A stretch of DNA of 64,000 nt, from positions 124,001 through 188,000 of IMG/VR virus record IMGVR_UViG_3300032046_000001; one strand, given 5' to 3'. The notes below the pieces were generated by a model. It was not told the DNA's origin. It saw only the letters and a program-made list of their open reading frames with translations, and searched no databases. This document shows positions 58,641 through 64,000 of this stretch, in pieces. The position numbers were made by a program, and so were the translations under genes. The stretch's first letter is position 1. Every line of letters begins with the position of its first letter.

Positions 58641-59078
58641 ATGTCGGCTATTCCAGCACCTTTAAGGTTAATTCAAAAAAACGGGATTATATATTTTTAT
58701 GATAGGAGTAGATCAAAGTGGTTGAGTATTACCAGGGAATTTATTTTTTTTAATATTAATCATAATAATTTACAAACAAGTCAATGGATGATCCATAATG
58801 GGATCAGATCTAATATACAAGGGTATTTCATTTCTAAAAATTCAACTATAATATCAGCATCATTCCTTAGTAATAATGATTCCAACTCTAAAATTAAACT
58901 TTATAATAATGATTTGAATATTTTAAATATTTCTATATCAAATCAAAATAAAAAAATAATAGAAGATTTAAATCTTGATATAGATAAAAATCAAACTATC
59001 AAAACATTATTGGAAATTAAAAATGATATTATAAATTTTCCAACATTGAAATTAGAATTGTGTTGGAGAAAGGATTAA
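58641..59078 (+). CDS. Putative virion protein, paralogous to the C-terminal half of 59081..59953
   Basis: KNGIIYFYDRSRSKWLS vs KNGIVFIYDGTRSKWLS. Confidence 0.6.
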   Translation: MSAIPAPLRLIQKNGIIYFYDRSRSKWLSITREFIFFNINHNNLQTSQWMIHNGIRSNIQGYFISKNSTIISASFLSNNDSNSKIKLYNNDLNILNISISNQNKKIIEDLNLDIDKNQTIKTLLEIKNDIINFPTLKLELCWRKD

Positions 59079-59080
59079 CA

Positions 59081-59953
59081 ATGTCGCAGTGGAATATAAT
59101 AGTTAAAAATATAAGTGGTATACCTCAAACTGTTGAAGATCTTGGTATAATCGTTGATTCAACTGCTGAACTCAACCTTGATGAAATTTTTACATATGAG
59201 GAAATCGCTGAATCTAATGATCTTAAAAATTTTATTATCAATAATGATTTTTCAATTAGTGATGGTACTAGTGACCTCACTATAACTCAGGCAATTGATT
59301 ATTTAACAACTGATAATCTTTATTATTTAAAAGAAAATTATTATAATAAAGATTATATTGACAATCAATTACTTGATAAGAATACATTAGATGAGGCATA
59401 CGACGAAGGTGGTTCAGGTGCAGGAAGAATAATAAATGCCACAGACGGCGCAGTTAAAATTGATACTGGTGTTGCAACCAACGCACCACTCGAATTAACA
59501 GAAAAAAGTTCTCTTCCAACAACCGAATTATCATCTGGTCAATTGGCTGTCAAAAATGGAATAGTTTTTATTTATGATGGAACGAGATCAAAATGGTTAA
59601 GCGTCACAAGAATGTTTTTGGTTTTTGGAAAATCTGGTAATACAAAAAATCAATATTTGTATTTCTATGCCGGATCATTACCATCGAATAATAGCGGATT
59701 ACGACTATCAAGAAACGCAACTATTGTTTCCTTATCTGGACAATTTGATGATGTTGATACTGGAACATTTGAAATTAGAAAAAATGATGGTGTGCTTGGT
59801 ATAACCAGTTTAACTGTCACATCGGCAATTGGAAATCATGATAATACTATAAATATTGATTTAAACGAAGGTGATTATTTACAATCATATTTTTCGTCAA
59901 ATGAAAAAATTCCAGATCCAATGATAATCGTTGAAATAGCGTGGAGAGGATAA
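59081..59953 (+). CDS. Putative virion protein (two modules)
   Basis: ATG 59081; N- and C-terminal halves match the two flanking genes. Confidence 0.65.
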   Translation: MSQWNIIVKNISGIPQTVEDLGIIVDSTAELNLDEIFTYEEIAESNDLKNFIINNDFSISDGTSDLTITQAIDYLTTDNLYYLKENYYNKDYIDNQLLDKNTLDEAYDEGGSGAGRIINATDGAVKIDTGVATNAPLELTEKSSLPTTELSSGQLAVKNGIVFIYDGTRSKWLSVTRMFLVFGKSGNTKNQYLYFYAGSLPSNNSGLRLSRNATIVSLSGQFDDVDTGTFEIRKNDGVLGITSLTVTSAIGNHDNTINIDLNEGDYLQSYFSSNEKIPDPMIIVEIAWRG

Positions 59954-59954
59954 C

Positions 59955-60185
59955 TTGATTATAAATGTCAAAAATAATACAAATACTCCCATAATGATTA
60001 ACAATCTGGGAATCGAAGTTCCTACTAATGAAATAATTAATTTATCTGATTTATTTTTTATTTTTGAGATTCTCAATTCTCAAGATTTAAAGGATAAAAT
60101 CATTAGTGGTGAATTAATTATAAATAATGGAGAATATGATCTAAATATCTCAGATAGTCTGGAATATTTAAATTTTTATATATGA
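59955..60185 (+). CDS. Putative virion protein, paralogous to the N-terminus of 59081..59953
   Basis: VKN......I..LGI.V....NL..F..EI..S.DLK..I..G pattern is shared. Confidence 0.55.
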   Translation: MIINVKNNTNTPIMINNLGIEVPTNEIINLSDLFFIFEILNSQDLKDKIISGELIINNGEYDLNISDSLEYLNFYI

Positions 60186-60212
60186 CAATTTTTTTCAGTT
60201 AAAATATTTAAC

Positions 60213-60222
60213 GGGAACAAAA
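60213..60222 (+). promoter_or_regulatory. GGGAACAAA motif
   Basis: Intergenic, upstream of 60241. Confidence 0.55.
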
Positions 60223-60240
60223 TAGAAAAGGAAAAATAAT

Positions 60241-60717
60241 ATGTCAGTTGCAACTTTAATTAACGCTCTTTCAGTAGAATATACCGATCAATTTATGATT
60301 TGCGAATATGCTGCTGAAGAAATCGGAGCGGATTCTACAGGTTTAATAGAATTAGTATTACCAGGAAAAGATTTAGATCAAAAAAGCTATCGACATATTC
60401 CAGATGTTACGACAACTGGAAAAAGTTATGCTATTGAATTTATCAACATGTCTATATCCTGTAATTCGAGAAATTTTGATGCACATGTATTTAATAGAAA
60501 CGGTGCTAACTCTCTAAATACAATATACGAAGTTATTAATTATTTAAATCAAAACATGCTGATCCTTGATAAACAAAATGAACCTTTTGTTGTTAGAAAT
60601 CGTGATACAACTTTAACCAATAAATTATATCTTTTTATAAATAATAATGATTCTATTTCAACAGGAATAATCAGAGTTGAATTAGTCTACATACCAATTC
60701 AAAATAGAGAGTTTTAA
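60241..60717 (+). CDS. Hypothetical protein
   Basis: 158 aa. Confidence 0.7.
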   Translation: MSVATLINALSVEYTDQFMICEYAAEEIGADSTGLIELVLPGKDLDQKSYRHIPDVTTTGKSYAIEFINMSISCNSRNFDAHVFNRNGANSLNTIYEVINYLNQNMLILDKQNEPFVVRNRDTTLTNKLYLFINNNDSISTGIIRVELVYIPIQNREF

Positions 60718-60719
60718 TC

Positions 60720-61019
60720 ATGAATACAAAAGAAAAAATTATTAATCTTTTAGAATGTTATTATAAAGAAGATAAAAATTCAATTAAAACCGTTTCCGAA
60801 ATAGGTGGTCTTGGTGCTGGCATTGGTGGAACCCCAGTTGTACAACAGACTAAAATGCCAATGCCTGAACCTCAACTCAAAAAAACTCCAGGTCTTGAAA
60901 AAATTCTTGATTTGGTCCAAACCGAAGATTCAGAATTACCAGTTAAGACTCAAATGAAGAAATTAAAAAAAATAATAACGTCTGGTAAGAAAAAAATTAA
61001 TAAAAAATCTCAATTTTAA
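60720..61019 (+). CDS. Hypothetical protein
   Basis: 99 aa, Gly-rich core. Confidence 0.6.
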   Translation: MNTKEKIINLLECYYKEDKNSIKTVSEIGGLGAGIGGTPVVQQTKMPMPEPQLKKTPGLEKILDLVQTEDSELPVKTQMKKLKKIITSGKKKINKKSQF

Positions 61020-61030
61020 TAAATATCGCA

Positions 61031-61273
61031 ATGAATATATATGATATAAATAAAGAGACGATTAAATCAATTTCAAATAAAGAATTGATATCACTTCATT
61101 ATCGTATTCATCAATTATACGGAAATTATAAAAGTAAAAAAAGTCCAAAAATTAATGAATTGAAAAAAATTTTAAAAAATGCACATAAATTAATAATAAA
61201 AGAAATGGAGTATAGAAATTTACATCATAAATCAATAATTAAAAGTTATCTAAAAAAAATCAATGATGATTAA
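61031..61273 (+). CDS. Basic hypothetical protein
   Basis: 80 aa. Confidence 0.55.
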   Translation: MNIYDINKETIKSISNKELISLHYRIHQLYGNYKSKKSPKINELKKILKNAHKLIIKEMEYRNLHHKSIIKSYLKKINDD

Positions 61274-61598
61274 TCAAATTGAATGTGAGACAATTATGTC
61301 TAATTTTTTTAAAAAAATACCAGCTCCTATAATAGTTTTAATAGTAACATTAATTATTTCCTGGACAACATGGGTAACAGCTCAATCATATACATCACAA
61401 CAAACAAAAATAACAGTAGAAAATCATATAGTAGAAGTACAAAAACAACAGAATTATATTGTTGATCAATTAGATAAAATTAAAAATCAAATGACTAAAG
61501 AAAATGAAAAATTATCGGATAAAATTAGTCAAAATAATAAAGAAATGTACCAACTTTTATTAGACATTCAAAAACAAATGGGAGGTAAAAATGGCTAA
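61263..61598 (+). CDS. Single-TM coiled-coil protein (possible lysis accessory)
   Basis: PIIVLIVTLIISWTTWV followed by a coiled coil. Confidence 0.6.
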   Translation: MMINQIECETIMSNFFKKIPAPIIVLIVTLIISWTTWVTAQSYTSQQTKITVENHIVEVQKQQNYIVDQLDKIKNQMTKENEKLSDKISQNNKEMYQLLLDIQKQMGGKNG

Positions 61599-62178
61599 GA
61601 AAAATGACGAAGTTGATTTACTTATAAACAAAAAGCCCAAAGTAGATGACGAAAAAGAAACTGAAAATGAAGCTATGTACACAGCTCTTCCTGGACAGAG
61701 AAAACCAACACAGTTACCCAGACAAACTGCTAATGCTGCTTTAGCCTCCGCAAAGAGTCCAGCAGCTCAGAGATTGTATAGTCCACAACAAACCAAAATT
61801 CCTCTAAGAACTCCCACTAAATTAGCTACTGAAGATATTGAAGTTGAGGCACAGAAAATAGTCGAGGCGTTTAAAGCTTTCTATGGCATTAATTATGATG
61901 TAGTTACTGAAGCTGATGAACCAAAAGTTAAGATTCCTGTTGAACCAGGAGGTATGGAGTTAAAAAAAGGACAAGATGTTGAAGATACCAGTGTAGAACA
62001 TTTTAAGAAACTTATTCAAAAAGATGGTTGGGACACTGTATCAAAACGAATCATCACTTTAAAAGTTTTCAATAAAAATAAAAATCCAAACTTAAGTTCT
62101 CGGATGGATTCATTGCAGGCAAAACTGGCAAAATGGGTTGAAGATAAAAGGAAAAGTGATCCTGGTTTTGGTAAATAA
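61591..62178 (+). CDS. Hypothetical protein
   Basis: 195 aa, SD GGAGG. Confidence 0.7.
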   Translation: MAKKNDEVDLLINKKPKVDDEKETENEAMYTALPGQRKPTQLPRQTANAALASAKSPAAQRLYSPQQTKIPLRTPTKLATEDIEVEAQKIVEAFKAFYGINYDVVTEADEPKVKIPVEPGGMELKKGQDVEDTSVEHFKKLIQKDGWDTVSKRIITLKVFNKNKNPNLSSRMDSLQAKLAKWVEDKRKSDPGFGK

Positions 62179-62240
62179 TTTAACGTTGATATTTACGTCA
62201 TTATATTAACTGATCCGAATTTTTATATGAGGAAAACAAT

Positions 62241-62789
62241 ATGGCTGATTTATGGAATAAAATTAAGAATGTAGTGGGAATATCTGCACCAGTATTAGGA
62301 AATGCGATTGTTCCAGGAATAGGTGGTGCGGCTGGATCTTTAATAGCAAAAGCATTGGGATGTGAACCAAAACCAGAAGCAATAGAGACAGCTATTTCAA
62401 AAGATCCTCAAGCAGCATTAAAATTAAAAGAACTTGAAACAAAGCATTCTGAATTTCTTATCAGTGCTGCACATGAGAATGATAAGATGTATTTGACCGA
62501 TGTTCAAAGTGCCAGACAACGAGAGATTGAAGTTACCAGATCAACTGGCAAAATAAATTGGCCAATGTACCTGATTGCTCTTGTAATATTTTTGGGATTT
62601 TTTATAGTTTTAGGTTTGTTATTTAAAATTCCATTAATTATGGCAAATAAAGATATTATTGTATATACCGTTGGTGGATTACAAACAGCATTCATTACTG
62701 TAGTTGCTTACTTCTTTGGATCTTCTAAAGGTTCTTCAGAAAAAAATGATATTTTATCAAAAACCGCAACCAAAGGGGATACAAAATAA
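62241..62789 (+). CDS. Holin-like protein (3-TM GTA-holin type)
   Basis: GGAAGSLIAKALG, DVQSARQRE, two TM segments, AYFFGSS.GS. Confidence 0.7.
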   Translation: MADLWNKIKNVVGISAPVLGNAIVPGIGGAAGSLIAKALGCEPKPEAIETAISKDPQAALKLKELETKHSEFLISAAHENDKMYLTDVQSARQREIEVTRSTGKINWPMYLIALVIFLGFFIVLGLLFKIPLIMANKDIIVYTVGGLQTAFITVVAYFFGSSKGSSEKNDILSKTATKGDTK

Positions 62790-63464
62790 ATGGATGATAC
62801 GCAAAAACAAAATTTTCAAATCGAGATATTTGAACAATACGGAGAACATTGTTTAAAAGACTGTCTTGGTTTAGTTGAAACTTCAGATCGAAAACCCAAG
62901 GGTTATGTAGAAATATATGAAATGACTCCTGAAGGTGAAAAGAAATTAGTTGGTAAATCTAATCTTGTACTTTATACAGGACGAGAATTTGTAGCACAAT
63001 CTATTTTTGGTGTTGACAATCCCGCCGTAACATCATCATATAATGATCATATTTTTTGGTTTGGTGTTGGTGATGGTGGTGCTCCGATATTAGATCCATT
63101 GACACCAACTGCACCTACAAATACAGATACAGGTTTGGGAAATGATGTTGTAATAAGTTCTGATAGTACAAATGCTGATTATCGGATAACTCCAGTTGCT
63201 GGTTATTATAAGAAACCAATTTATTCAGTTGAATATCAACAAGATGTTTATAATAACAATTCATATTTAATAGCAAAAGTTACTATGATATTAGATGCTG
63301 GTGATTCAGATGGTTATAATATAAGTGAAGCTGGATTATTTGCCTCACCTTCATCCGCAGGTGGATCTTCTGGACCGTTTACATGTTACGCTAGGGTAAC
63401 TTTTCCATCTATTGTCAAAACTACAGCAAGAATTTTAACTATTATTTGGTATGTATTTTGTTGA
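62790..63464 (+). CDS. Putative tail/baseplate structural protein
   Basis: NLVLYTGRE, FGVGDGG, ISEAGLF, ARVTFPSIVK, similar to tail-fibre/baseplate N-terminal domains. Confidence 0.55.
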   Translation: MDDTQKQNFQIEIFEQYGEHCLKDCLGLVETSDRKPKGYVEIYEMTPEGEKKLVGKSNLVLYTGREFVAQSIFGVDNPAVTSSYNDHIFWFGVGDGGAPILDPLTPTAPTNTDTGLGNDVVISSDSTNADYRITPVAGYYKKPIYSVEYQQDVYNNNSYLIAKVTMILDAGDSDGYNISEAGLFASPSSAGGSSGPFTCYARVTFPSIVKTTARILTIIWYVFC

Positions 63465-63472
63465 AAAAAATT

Positions 63473-64000
63473 ATGAATAGTTTTTATATCTATATTTATT
63501 TAGATCCAAGAAAATCTGGACAATATTGTTATGGTGATTTTTGTTTTTTATTTGAACCAATCTATGTTGGAAAAGGAAAGAATGAAAGATGGAAAGATAT
63601 ATATCACAGAACAAAATATTTTAAAAATATACTAAATAAAATTAAAAATTCTGGGTTAGAACATATTGTTTTTAAATTATATGAAAATTTGAATGAAGGA
63701 CAATCTTTTGAAAAAGAAATTGAATTAATAGAAGAAATTGGAAGAAAAAATATAAAAACTGGATTTCTTGTTAATGAAACTATTGGTGGAGACGGATGTA
63801 GTGGATGTAAACGTAATAAAGAATCTATAAAACTAAGTTCTGAAAAACGAAGAAAAAATTTTCAAGAGATTAAAAATGAATTTGAAAATAGAGAATATAT
63901 TTTATTAACAACAGAAATAGAATATAAAAACGCACACCAAAAATTGAAATATATTTGTTCAAAAGGACATAATGGTTCTATTAGATGGAATGATTTTCAA
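63473..64000 (+). mobile_element. GIY-YIG homing endonuclease (3' truncated by window; not in ORF track)
   Basis: MNSFYIYIYLDPRKSGQYCYGDFCFLFEPIYVGKGK; close paralogue of 23137..23934; open to the window end. Confidence 0.85.

Noticed and set aside
7989-60222. GGGAACAAA motif as the AR9-type AACA-N6-TA/G promoter
   Set aside because: Only 3 of 7 copies fit that spacing, and the head genes are T4-like rather than phiKZ/AR9-like.
4713-62695. Numerous 60-110 aa opposite-strand or out-of-frame ORFs in the track
   Set aside because: Nested within longer motif-bearing genes, with no SD or recognisable motif.
1-64000. Stop-codon reassignment as in some megaphages
   Set aside because: Coding density is high under the standard code, and TAA, TAG and TGA all end well-formed genes.
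1-64000. tRNA, rRNA, DGR or integrase
   Set aside because: No cloverleaf/T-loop signature, reverse transcriptase, template/variable repeat pair or recombinase motif recognised by eye; tRNAscan-SE would be needed to be certain.

Overview
AT-rich 64-kb segment of a large tailed dsDNA phage with a T4-like head module, probably infecting bacteria (GroES, M15A endolysin, GGAGG-type Shine-Dalgarno (SD) sites; standard code, all three stops used). Plus-strand blocks carry replication genes (PolB, DnaB/gp41-like helicase), nucleotide and modification genes (QueE, TGT/DpdA-like, PurM), the head module (portal, prohead protease, major capsid), collagen/C1q-like fibres, a glycosyltransferase cluster and lysis genes. 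Minus-strand blocks carry accessory genes: split CoaB/CoaC, a PgpH-like HD domain, an intein-containing RNA ligase, a Na/Pi cotransporter, a GGQ release-factor domain, an intein-containing phosphoesterase, RtcB and a PurZ/PurZ0-like synthetase. There are 9 free-standing HNH or GIY-YIG genes (one truncated by the window end), 2 remnants and 2 inteins. The most striking unexplained feature is a six-copy covarying three-way-junction leader in front of the five NUMOD4-HNH genes and one endonuclease remnant; its variable loop is complementary both to a nearby site and to a site overlapping the SD. All product calls come from motif recognition by eye, with no database search. No tRNA, rRNA or CRISPR array was seen.
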